From assembly GCF_018977255.1 (NCBI RefSeq), contig NW_024704743.1:87546001-87610000 (forward strand): DNA of 64,000 nt, in the 5' to 3' direction. This document shows positions 37,176 through 49,700 of this stretch, piece after piece (the stretch's first letter is position 1; each line of letters starts with the position of its first letter). Source of the DNA: Callorhinchus milii (lineage: Eukaryota). The notes beneath the pieces were generated by a model. It was not told the origin of the DNA and made no database searches. It worked only from the letters and a program-made list of their open reading frames with translations. The translations under genes were made by a program, and so were the position numbers.

Positions 37176-38549
37176 TCCATTAAAATAGTTTCCCCCCCAA
37201 CATAAAATAATCATACATTTTGGTGATTTATTTTAGATCATCAAAAAATAACTTTCTATAGCAGGCCAGAACTATTAACTTTATTTTCCGGATAAATAAC
37301 GTTTTTTGATTAAGGTAACAAATCTGACAGATCTTTTCGCATCGAGAATTGACACATGATGGGATGCAACACAAAACTGAACGCACATGCATTCCCAGAA
37401 CCCAGTCACAAATTACACGATGTGCTCATTAATTAAATAATCCTTGCATTTCAATATTGTGTCTTATCACATCAGCAAAACATTTTAAAGTGCTTCACAG
37501 GATTTACTGTAGACAAACTGTATTCTCTTTCCATGTTGGGATGACTGCTCACCATTCTGCTCACAAGGCGTTCCTGGTACAGTACCTGTTATCCACCTGG
37601 AATACTCAAACCTACACGTCAGAAGTCAAATGACCCACTGAGATTTGGGTGAATTAAACTACTCCTGAAACCACTTCCTCAGGGTGCTGAGGGGAGGGGG
37701 TTGTTCCAGCACAACTCGGAATGGCTCAAAATTTCATTGCAAATTTTGTTTCCAACTCATCAGGAAGAGTGCAGTATGAACTCAACATGATTAAAGAGCT
37801 GGATAAATATCTGGGCATGAAATGATTTGAAGGTTTAATTGCTGAGGACAAATGATGGAATACTATACAGAACGTGATGATTCCTGAGTTGTTGGGAAAA
37901 TGGAAATGATTTCCAAAGGAAAACAATTGACTGAGGATGAACAATGCAAGATAACAAATTGGATAGCTTTCCTCTAGCAGGCACAAAATAATTGTACGGA
38001 AGAAACTAATAAATGTGTTGGGTCGAGTGCCCAATACAATACTTGGTCTGTGGAAGGAGTTGGCTTGATGCATTGAATGGTCTATTTACGTTTTAGGTTT
38101 TATTTTTATTCAACAGTCATAATATCTCTCACATTTCAGCTGTTCAGTGTGATTTGTCACAATTACAACCAGTTATACGGTTCAGAAAACAGAACAATCC
38201 CATTTATCCCTTCCTTTCAACTTGAAAACTTTGGATTGGAAAATGGGGCTCAAAATAAATAATAAAACCAATTTCTGATATGTTTGTGAGCCATAAATAA
38301 ATTGTGACACCAGAATCGTTTCCCTGTTTACCATCGTGGAGTCTTACTTATGGGAATTCCCTGGACTGAGTAAAACATTCTCATTTTGCTGCATATACTG
38401 TAAAATCTATGTGAAATTTATTAAAGATGGATAGAGTGAATATTCCCACACTGCATTCTCAATTACAAACACAAATTTAGGGACAAAGCCAAACAAATCA
38501 CAAAAGGCCTGAAAAATGTTTGTTTTCAGAAATTACAAAATACAAAAAT

Positions 38550-39372
38550 ACAAAATTACATTTGTAAAGCACCTTTCACGTCGAGAGGACCAAGGCGTTG
38601 GACAGTTAGGGGTTTGGACCCAAGCTGGAGGTTGGGATTGGGGAGGGTAGGAGAGTGGTCGTAAGGCTCAGTCAAAGAGGAAGATTTTGAAACGCGCCTT
38701 GAAGGAGTCAAGGGAGAGAGCGAGGTGAAAGGAATGTGGGATGGAAGCCCTAGGGTGAGGGCAGAAAGGCTGAAGGCTCGACTGCCGATGATGGAGCAGG
38801 CCCCAGACTGCTGAGAGGAGGGAGCGGACAGGTTGATATGGGGTCAGCAGTCAAAGATATAGAAGGGGGCAAGGCCATGGAGGGCCTTGAAGGCGAGGAC
38901 GAGGATTTTGAATTCTATCCTCTGGAGGATGGGGAGCCAGTGGAGCTGGGCAAGGTTGGGTGTGATGAGGTCACGGAGCCTGGTGCGTGAGAGGACATGA
39001 GCTGCAGAGTTCTGGATGATCTGCAGCTTGGGGAGGGAAGAGTTGGGAAGGCCGACAAGGAGGAAATTGGCATAGTCGAGCCTAGATGTGACGATTGCAT
39101 GGATGAGGGGATTGGTGGCCTGGGAGATGAGGCAGTAGCGAAGTCGGGCAGTGTTGCAGAGGTGAGGGCAGATACAAGGGTCATGGCATGGATATGGGGT
39201 AGAAAGGATAGTTGGGGGTCAAACAAGACCCCAAGGTTCCAGACTGGCTCAGTGAGGTGGAGTGTGCAACCATGGATGGTGATGCTCTCAGTCCCTGAGT
39301 TGTGAAGGCACTGACGGGAGCCAATCAGGAGGCCTCGGTCTTGATGATGTTCAACTGTAGAAAGTTAGCTCC
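38550..39372 (-). mobile_element. L2 3' fragment
   Basis: FDPQLSFLPHI..., with tail at ~38550-38605. Confidence 0.88.
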
Positions 39373-39827
39373 CATAATAATAATATGATACTCCTTGCGT
39401 TTGATATAGCACCTTATAGCAGGTCTTCAAGAAGTTTCAAAGTGCTTCACAGAATATACTGTAAAGTGAATTGACTATATTTTGTGTGCGAATCGCGACA
39501 GCCATCTGCAAACAACTGCGTTCCACACACTGTTGTGGATTGAGTGCCCAAACTATTATTATTTAAGTACTCAAAGGGTTAATTAAATACTCAAATGGTT
39601 AATTAAATCAAAATCATAAATGATTGTATTTGGTTTTTTTTACAATACAAATACAACAGGCCATTCGTATTTTTCAAAGAGAAATCTATCTCCTGAAAAT
39701 CAAAGAAGCTGATAAGATTGTTCATCATCAAAATCTTGAAAATGAATTGGTATTCATGAATGTGTCCAGAATCTGACCACACACTGGTCTTGAGGTCGGT
39801 ATTTATTTGTGCAGTCAATATGTATCA

Positions 39828-41432
39828 GTCAGCCTGGCTCAGTTGGTAGCACTTTGTCTCTGAGTCAGTAGATTTGGGTTCACAAGCCCCACCTTGAAAC
39901 TCAAACTCAATGTAGTCTATGTTTAAACTCCAATGCAGTGCTGGGGGTGTCACATTGTCTGATATATGTTCCTTTGCATAAGACATTAAACCAAGGTCTC
40001 ATCTGAGTGTTCAGGTAGAGGTTAAATAATAATAATCCTTGCATTTGATATGGTGCTTTATCATGTCTTCGAGATGTCTCAAAGCACTTCACAGAATATA
40101 CTGTAAACAACAACAACGACAACAAAAGAGCGCCTTTCACGTCGGGAGGACGTCCCAAAGCGCTGAACAGTCAGATGTCGGGGCCCGAGCATGGGGGAGG
40201 GGTGGTGTAGGGGTGAGGGAAGGCAGAGAGGTGGGAGGGAGACCAAAGGCATGGTCAAAGAGAAGGGTCTTGAGACCGGCCTTGAAAGAGGCAAGGGAGG
40301 AAGCGAGGCAAAGGGACCGTGGGATGGAGTTCCAGAGTGTGGGAGCAGAGAGGCTGAAAGCCCGGTCACCAATGGTAGGGTGGATCGGGCGGGAGACTTG
40401 GATCAGACCAGAGACTGATGAATGGAGGGAAGCGGACAGGTTGGTAGGGAGTCAGCAGGTCAGAGAGGTAGGAGGGGGCAAGGCCATGGATGGCCATAAA
40501 AGTGAGGACAAGGATCTTGAACTTAATCCTCTGGGGGATGGGGAGCCAGTGGAGTTGGGCGAGGGTGGGAGTGATGGGGTCACGGATCCTGGTGCATGAG
40601 AGTTCCTGACTGGCTTCCGACGGGCTTAGTGAGGTTGAGTGTGCAGCTGTGGAGGCTGATGCTGCCAGAGCCTGAGGTGCGGAGGCGCTGGCGGGAGCCA
40701 ATCAGGAGGGCCTCAGTTTTGCTGACGTTGAGTTGGAGAAAGTTGGCCCTCGTCCAGGACTTGATGTCGGACAGGCAGTCGGTCAGGATGCCAGTAGTCC
40801 TGGAGTTCAGGGTGGAGGCAGAGAGGTAGAGATGGGTGTCATCCGCATACATGTGAAAATTTACCCCATGTCTGCAGATGACGTCACCAAGGGGGAGCAT
40901 ATAGAAGGTGAAGAGAAGTGAATTGACCGTAGATTCTGTGGGCAAAACGTGGCAAACAATTGCACACAGCAGCGTCCCACAAACAGTCGTGGATTGAGTA
41001 GCCAGTATTTTTTCTTTTTTTTAAGGAATTATTACCCCCGGAAAAGTGATCTGCCAATTGACTAACAGCTGGGGTCCTATTTGCTGCTAGGTAAACAGAG
41101 GCTTGTGGAGTAAGGAAACTTGTCCAACGTTTCGTCCTGCTGGCAATTGAACCCAGGTCTCTCACTTGCGAGGCGAGTGCTCTAACCACTGAGCTGCAGG
41201 ACTCCACTGCAGATCCCAAGGCACTATTTGAAAAGAAAAGGGAGTTTTTTCCAGTGTCCTGGAACAACAATCCTCCAAATAAAATCAATCATTCGCATTT
41301 GTTTCATGGCTGTTTGTAGGAAATTAGGTTGCCTACAAATACACAGACACTCCACCTCACAGCAAATCCTGTAAAGGGCTTTGGGACATCCTCTCAAGGT
41401 GAAAAACTATACCAACTGCAAGGATTATTATT
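39828..41432 (+). mobile_element. Nested cluster: DeuSINE-like (+) containing a full tRNA-SINE (-, 40025-41206) containing an L2 (-, 40106-40915)
   Basis: SINE ...ATATACTGTA resumes as AAGTGAATTGAC at 40916; DeuSINE ...GAGGTTAA resumes as AGATCCCAAGGCACTATTTG at 41211. Confidence 0.88.
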
Positions 41433-41871
41433 ATGACCAAAAGTATACATATTGTATTCATATTTGTGATATTCATACAAAGGCAAGTGATATTCAAGTA
41501 CTGTATTTCAAAACATAAGAGTAAAAATTCCATTCAGTGTGTACCCTTGGGGTCAAGTGACTCAAGGAGAAATTCTACTTATGGACAACACCACAAAATA
41601 CTGAATGGAATCTTTACCTATTAATTTGGAGGGATACCCAAGAGATGCCTTAGAACCCTTGGTTTAGGGAAGGGAAAAATAATCAGGTTTACTGCTCCTG
41701 GTCATGATCTAGACATTTTTTCTTGGAAGTTTGTTTTTATGAAGTTCTGATCAAACAAGGCAAGAGTGTATTTAGCTGTTCTGTTGTTCAGAACAAAAAA
41801 ACTCTACCAGTGCTCATAGTTAAGGCTGAATAGTGACTAGTATACTTAACAATATTCCAACATATCAGTAA

Positions 41872-42288
41872 TAATCCTTACATTTGGCTTTCATGTTAGG
41901 AGGACATCTCAAAGTGTTTCACAGGAATTACTGCAAAATGAAGTGATTGTGTATTTTGTGGGCAAATGTGGCAGCCAGCTTGTGCACAGCAATGTCTCAC
42001 ACGACAGCTATGGAAAGATTGACCAATTTTATTGGGGTATTGTTGGCAAGGACACAGAGAAACCTTTTTTTAAAAGTGCCCCAGAATTTTTAACATCCAC
42101 ATGAACAAGCAAACGTCCTTGGTTTAATGCTTCATCCATAAGACGGCATCTCCCACAGTGCAGCATGTCTTAGCATGGCATTGGAGTGTCAGCCTAGACA
42201 GTGTGATTCCAAGTCCCAATGTGGGGCTTGAACCCACAACCTTCTGACTCAGAGGCGAGAGTGCTACTAACTGAGCCAGGCTGACATG
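41872..42288 (-). mobile_element. DeuSINE-like element, near full length
   Basis: Head CAGCCTGGCTCAGTTAGTAGCACTCTCGCCTCTGAGTCAGAAGGTTGTGGGTTCAAGCCCCACATTGGGACTTGG on -, with body and tail. Confidence 0.8.
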
Positions 42289-42579
42289 CAATGCCTTTGA
42301 GGATGCGTGACTCTTGGAAAAATCACATGGGTCCTTGGTTTAATGTTTCATCCATAGGACGGCATCTCTCACAATGCAGCATGTCCTAGCACGGCCTTTG
42401 AGGATGTATGACTCTGGGAAAAATCACATTAGTGGTCAATACTGCCAAACGTTGAACAAAATGTATACCTATTAGTTGGGATGAATACCCAGTACCTTTG
42501 GGAAACAAGTGGAAAAACATTACCAAGATATATACAATAGCAATACCTGGTGGTTATTAAATTTGTTGAATGTACAATA

Positions 42580-45305
42580 CAACAACAACAAAAATTACAT
42601 TTGTATAGCGCCTTTCACGCTGGGAGGAAAGCCCAAGGTGCTGGACAATCAGTGTTTCAAACCCGAGCTGGGGGGCGGGATCGGGAAGGGTGGATGGCAG
42701 GGGATGAAGGAGGGTGACCGAAGCCACGGTTGAAAAGGAGGGTCTTAAGACAGGTCTTGAAGGAGGCAAGGGAGGGGGACGAGGTGGAGGGAGTGCAGGA
42801 TGAAATTCCAGAGGGTGGGGGCAGAGTGGGTCAGGCGAGGCAGCGGATGTGAAGCAGGCCGGAGCCCGCTGAGCGGAGAGAGGGAGCAGGTTGGTAGGGA
42901 GTTAGGAGATCGCAGAGGTAGGGGGAGTAATAATAACAATAATAATAATAATGATCCTTGCATTTGATATAGCGTTTTTCACATCTTCTGGACATCTCAA
43001 AGCGCTTCACAGAATATGCTGTAAAGTGAATTGACCGTATATTTGTGGGCGAAAGGCCATGGTGGGCTTTGAAATTGAGGACCAGGATATTGAACTGTAT
43101 CCTCTTTGTGATGGGAACTACTACCTCCTCCGTGCTCCCTCTCAGGCCTCCTCAATCTTCATATCAAATGCCAAGTGTGAGGAGGTCATGGACTTCTTCT
43201 CTTCTAAAATACTTAACATCCGCCAGGCAGCCTCATCCACCTGCCTCTTGTCACCCACCACCATACCCTTTCTGTTCCCCTCACCCTCCCCATCATCTGC
43301 TCCTACCACCACCCACATCCTACATTCCTTCCTCCCCATCTCTCCCTCCTCCCTCTCACCCACCATCATCTCTATGAAACCCACCACCTGCTGCCTCGAC
43401 CCCCTCCGCACCAACTTGCTGGTCACTCAGCTCCCCCTCCTCTGCCCACTACTGGCTGACATCATCAACCAGTCCCTCTCCTCTGGATCAGTCCCTGCCT
43501 CCCTCAAAACTGCTGTCATCACCCCCCTCATGAAAAAACCCTCCCTAGATCCCTCAAACCCCAGTCACTAATGCTCTATTTCTAACCTACAAATATATAT
43601 ATATATCAAATGCAAGGATTATTATTATTATTATTATTAACCTGCCCTTCCTCTCAAAAGTCCTAGAATGCATTGTTGCCAATCAACTTCGCACACACCT
43701 CTCCTCCCACTCCCTCTTCGAACCTCTCCAGTCCGGTTTCCTCCCTGCCCACAGTACAGAGACTGCGCTTGTGAAAGTCACAAGCAACATCCTCTCTATC
43801 TGTAACCAGGGCTCCCTCTGCCTTCTTGTCCTCCTGGACCTCTTCATCGCGTTCGACACAGTCGATCACGCCATCCTCCTCCACCGCCTTTCCTCCGTCA
43901 TCCACTTCAGTGGGACCGTACTCACCTGGTTCGAGTCCTACCTCACAAACCGCCAGCAGTACATCTGCACAAACGGCTTCTCCTCCCGCCCTCACCTGAT
44001 TACCTGTGGGGTACCCCAAGGATCCATCCTTGGCCTCCTACTCTTTCTGATCTACATGTTTCCTCTTGGGGATGTCATCCACAAACATGGGGTACATTTC
44101 CAAATGTATGCGGATGACACCCAGCTCTATTTTTCCACCTCTCTTTGCGACCCCCAGTCCCCTGATGTTCTGTCAGCCTGCCTGTCAGACCTCAGGAGCT
44201 GGATGAGCGCAAATTTCCTTCACCTGAACGTTGACAAGACGGAAACCATACTCTTTGGCTCTCATCAATGTCTAAAATCTCATGGTTCTTACCTCCTCCA
44301 CCGACCTGACCTCCCCCTAAAACTCTCCAAACCTGTAGGCAACCTAGGCGCCAGATTCGACCCCCAATTATCCTTCCTCCCCCACATCCAGTCCCTCACC
44401 AGCACCGCCTTCTTCCACCTCCGACGTATCGCCCGTCTCCACCAATACCTTTCTCCAAAAGCCACTGAAACCCTGGTCCATGTCTTTGTCACCTCTTGGC
44501 TGGGCTATTCTAATGCCCTCCTCACCGGCCTCCCCTCCACTACCATTCACAAAATCCGGATTGTTCAAAACTCTGTCGCCCACATTCTCATCCACACCAA
44601 ACTCCGCTCCCCGATTACCCCAGTCCTTGCCAAACTGCACTGGCTGCCTATCCCAGAGAGGATCAACTTCAAGATCCTGACCCTTGTCTTCAAATCCCTC
44701 CACTCCTCTGCACCCCCCTACCTCTCTGACCTCCTCTCTCCTCAAAACAGTGCCCGTTGCCTTCGTTCCTCCGGGTCTGACCTCCTCCTTGTCTTCCGAA
44801 TCCTCCGCTCCACCCTTGGCGGCCGTTCCTTCAGCCAATATGCCCCGAGGCTCTGGAATTCCCTTCCTCACTCCTTTTACCTCACTCCCTCTCTCCCTAT
44901 TTTCAGGTCTCTGCTGAAGACCTTTCTTTTCGACTGCATCTTTGGCCACCTTCCTCCCCCTCCCCCTGGCTCGGCCCCGGGATCCGTTACTCTGAAGCGC
45001 TCTGAGATGCCGTCCGGTGTGGAGGGCACTATATAAATACAAGTTGTTGTTGTTGTTGGAGTCGGGCGAGGATGGACGTAATAGGGTCACAGAGCCTGAT
45101 TAGGGAGAGAACATGGGCTGCAGAGTTCTGGATGATCTGCAGCCTATGGAGGGAGGAGTTGGGGAGGCCGACAAGCAGGGAGTTTGCGCAGTCGAGCCTG
45201 GATGGTATGAATGTGGGTATGACAGTCTCAGCAACCTGCGGTGTGAATCAGTGGCGGAGCCGGCAAAGTTGCGGATGTGGGGAAAGGCAGAGCTGGGGCA
45301 TGGCA
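42580..45305 (-). mobile_element. L2 (-) fragment split by a SINE tail (~42927-43052) and by an opposite-strand L2
   Basis: Minus-strand L2 stops at ~43118 and resumes at 45058 (GGAGTCGGGCGAGG). Confidence 0.8.
43119..45057 (+). mobile_element. L2 LINE (~1.9 kb) retaining a 421-codon open RT/C-terminal frame (43771-45036)
   Basis: LLVLLDL.IAFDTVDH, GVPQGSILG and YADDTQLY motifs. Inactivated upstream by a stop at ~43569 and a SINE-tail insertion at ~43590-43637 flanked by TAACCT. Confidence 0.95.
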
Positions 45306-45746
45306 CAGATGTACCAGATTAATAGGGTCTCCTATAATGAGCTGATTGCTAAAGAGATCTTCACTGTGGGAAGTTATTATGCTAGAACCCACTGACTATT
45401 TTAAATAGTTGAATACATTCCTGACTAGATTTTAAAAATCCCCCAAGGCTTATTGTTATGCACTTTCTTCCTTTCTCTTCTGAGTTAAATTTCATGTCTT
45501 GCTTCCCCCCTTAGCTCTCATGAAGCTGCTTCAAGTTGCAAAGCTCTTTCAAAGTCTGCTCCTTTAACTCGTTTGAGCTGGTCACATCGCCCACCATTCT
45601 TTGCAATCACCCTCTAAAAGATCTTGTCTCAATTTGAGGTTGGAACCAAGACAATTCAACCTCAAATTGAATGCAAATTTCACCTGTTTCTGTATAGTCT
45701 AGATCTTCCTTCGCAAAAGATTTGAGAAGTTATAAATAATGCAAAA

Positions 45747-46780
45747 AACTCTACCTTTCCTCCTCTACCCTCAACTCCACGACCACCGATGTCCTGACAG
45801 CTGCCTGTCCGACATCGAGTCCTGGATGAGAGACAACTTTCTTCAGCTCAACGTGCGAAAAACCGAGGCCCTCCTGATTGGCTCACGTCAGCGCCTCCGC
45901 ACCTCAGGCGCTGACACCATCAGCATCCAAGGCTGCACTCTCCACCTCTCAAAGCCAGTCAGGAACCTCGGCGTTTTGTTCGACCCTGAGCTGTCCTTTC
46001 TCCCTCACATCCGTACCACAACTGGCACCGCCTTCCATCACCTCCGGAACATCGCCAGACTACGGCACTACCTCACCCCTCACGCTGCTGAAACCCTGGT
46101 TCACGCCTTTGTCACCTCAAGGCTGGACTATGGGAACTCTCTCCTCGCCGGCCTTCCCGGCACCTCCCTCCACAAGCTGCAGGTCATTCAGAACTCTGCA
46201 GCTCGTGTACTGTCCCGCACCAGGCTTCGGGACCACATCACTCCCACCCTCGCTCGCCTCCACTGGCTCCCCATCCTCCAGAGGATCGAATTCAAGATCC
46301 TCATCCTCACCTACAAGGCCATTCACGGCCTTGCTCCCTCCTACCTCTCCGACCTACTATCCCCCTACCTACCTGCCCGTACCCTCCGTTCCTCTGGCTC
46401 CGGTCTGCTCCACATCCCCCGCCCCAACCGCCCTACCATCGGTGCCGGGCCATCAGCCTCTCAGCCCCCAGGCTCTGGAACTCCATCCCCCAGTGCCTTC
46501 GCCGCCTCCTCCCTTTCCTCCTTCAAGGCCGGTCTCAAAACCTTTCTCTTTGACCGTGCCTTCAGCTCCCCTCTCGACTCTCTTCCCCCTCCTCGCTCCC
46601 TCCCTTCCCTCCCCTCACCCTGACCATTTCCCCCCTCCTCGCTCCCTCCCTTCCCTCCCCTCACCCTGACCATTTCCCCCCTGCTCGGGTCATGACCCAA
46701 CTGTGCAGCGCCTTGGGACGTCCTCCTGACGTGAAAGGCGCTTTATAAATGGAATCTTGTTGTTGTTGTTGTTGTTGTTG
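45747..46780 (+). mobile_element. Young 5'-truncated L2, near-identical to 16945-17907
   Basis: Direct sequence match; (TTG)n tail; ~45-bp tandem duplication in the 3' UTR. Confidence 0.95.
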
Positions 46781-49700
46781 AAACCCTGGGCCATCGTCAG
46801 CAAGCTTTCAATGTTAATAATAATAATAACCATTACATTTAGTATAGTGCATTTCACATTAGTCTCAATGCGCTTCACAGGATTTACTGCCTAGTTTGGA
46901 AACTGTGCATTTGGAGGTGATCAAATGATGAGGATTAATGGATGCTGTCTAATATCTAAACACCACCCCCCTCCCTTGGGCTGTCTTTGAGGACATCGAT
47001 TTCAGTTAACTCAGTACAGGTCAGCGATCAAACCTTCCTGGTCTGTATGGTTCAGTATCAAGTACATGGCGATTACAATACCACTTGCAGTAACATTTTG
47101 TTTTATTCAATCATATCTAATTCTGAAAGGAACCCTAATTGCAATGGGAGGATCTCCTATATAAAATTTAGTGATGACTGACTGAACAGTTTAAAAGCGA
47201 CGGCAGTGATGATAAATTGAAAGTGCTACTGTCATCTTAGATTTGCTGAGATTGTGTCCAGTTTCAAAACAAAACAAGACTGTGGTGTTGAAAAATTCTG
47301 TATAAAATGCTGTGATAATAATAATCCTTGCATTTGATGCGATGATTGACTTAATGCAGTGCTTAAAAAATGATGTGTGCTTTTGGCCAATAGTGGATGA
47401 TCTTATCAGTTTCTCAACAAATACACTAAGCAGCAGGGTCAGAGAAGACGTTTAAATAGCATTACATCTTCTTAGAAAGCTACAAAATGTTCAGAATGTA
47501 CTTAAAATGNAAAAAATGAAGATATTTAAACACGAGTTTACTGAGATATCAAAAATTGTAACATCAATCACTGCTTTTATCTAACACCAGCCATAATTCT
47601 AAACATATGTCAGCAGCTGACTGATGCTGAAGGAAACAGGTCATTTATTTTATAATACAGAAGATAATTTCCTATTGCACTATCTTCAAGTACCTAAGGC
47701 ATGGCACTCAACAGCTGCCATGTCTGTGCTTCATTGTATTTCAATTTTAGGCAAAAAAAATTTAATTATGTTTAATGTTCCATGTTATGGAGAGAGTTTT
47801 TTTTCCAGTTAATAACAGACTGTTGTAAGCCCAGGCAATTTTCTTCATTAGTGTGAAATGAATGCAGTTGTTATGTTCTATAGTTTCAGAATAACTAATG
47901 TGTCTATTTTATGCAGGGGACATTTTATAAGGTTAAAATACTTAATTTTGCTTCAAGTGTGTAGAGCAATCATCCTTTATTGCTACTGGTGGTTATTTTC
48001 TTGCTGCCTGGGAGAATTCTTTGTAATTTCATTTGTGCAAAATAGTTTTACATAGTAGGTGCTAAAAGCATTAGACCATCATTAACTTTGGGGCCTGTGG
48101 TAAGTTTTTGCACTAAAATATATTAAATATATATTTTTTAGTTCAGCTGATGTTTCAAGTGTAGGAGTTGCTTTGAACACTTCTGCTTATGCATTATAAA
48201 GTATTTTTACAAATAGTCGTGCAACTTTGAAAGGAATGAACATATCGACCATGACAATTATGATGCTCACTCACAATACTTTCTAGGTTTACAATCAAAG
48301 GCCTTTTTGATGCTCACACTATTCAACAAAACACATGCATACATTTTGGTTAGTTCTCCCTTGGGTTTATAGCTAGGTTGGGGAAAAAACATGATAAATT
48401 ACATCTCATCATATGGTAAGTGTGCCTCCTGCTGGTTTAGTGCCATTGATTGTAAAGAAGACGCTTCTTCCTTGCTTGCCTTCTAAGGTGATACCAGAGG
48501 ATAATGTGCCACGCTAAAGTCCTGTCTATTCAGGTGCACATTAAATATCCCATGATACTATTTGTAAAGAGAACGGAGTTTCTCTTGGTATCCTAGCCAA
48601 TGTCTTCCAGATAAAATTGTTAATTTACTTCATGGCTGTTTGCCTTATCAGATCATTGAAATGTCTCAATGTGCTTCAGCACTCTGAGATGCTACCCTGG
48701 ATGAAAGGCGCTATATAGATGAAAAAAATTGTGGTTGTTGTTTGTGGGATGTTGAAGTGTGTAAACTGGCTGCCATGTTCATCTATGAAAACATAGTTAC
48801 TACACTTTACAGTAAGATCCTGTGAAGCTCTTTTGAAACGACATGCTAAGGCGCTATATGAAATACAATGATTTATATGCTGAAATTCTGTTAAATACTC
48901 AATTTGACAGTGAAAATGATTCAATAAACTAAATTACTCATATAACTGGACTAAATATAAGAGGAGACTCAAACTCCTGGAGCTTGGCCGCTCCTCACCG
49001 GAATCGGAAGCAAACTCTTCCAATCAGACCTATCCTCACTCGCACATGACCAACTGACTACACGCTAGTGACTCGCTGGGGAGTGAGGGGAGGGGAGGGG
49101 AAAGGAGGAGAAGGCAATGGCAACATTTGTTCTGGATTATAGAAGGTAGTGATTTGAGACTATGCATTTATTCGGACTCAGATTAATTGATTTTATACGA
49201 ATGGTCACAGGGAAAATTATTTAACAAATTTTATATCTGGTGTTGAATTAAACAATCTATTTTTAGATTAGATGTGCAAATGGTTTGGGATTTCTAAATT
49301 CTATTCAACAAACCAAACTATCCAACGATGTTCAATAAACTGAATTTCACAGTACGTGCAAACTATTGTTGAAATAGATGTAAGCCAGTGTCATATAACC
49401 CTGAGATCATGGGTAAAAATTAAATTATTTTAAAATATAATTGCTCCTGACATTTTGAAAATATTTATAAATCATAGTCATAAACCCTCCACAAGGGGAC
49501 AGATGCAGAAAAAAAAGGTTGCAGGTATCTTTCGTAGGAGATACAAAACTCCAAGGATGATTAGACATTCATTCTCCAAACTAATTGGAACCAGAGGTGT
49601 TCAGATATTCAAGCATCAATTAATATAACGTGCTCCAGGGATTATATTCCAGGATGCACTATAGGAAAAAAACTATATAAACTAGCTGAATAAATGTATA

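Noticed and set aside
43771..45036. 421-aa RT ORF as a domesticated gene or active element
   Set aside because: 5'-truncated L2 with no endonuclease, an upstream stop, an insertion and a non-ATG start.
48999..49090. Donor CCG|gtgagg as CIBAR1 first coding exon
   Set aside because: No in-frame ATG before an upstream stop; the nearby ATG is followed by TGA after two more codons.
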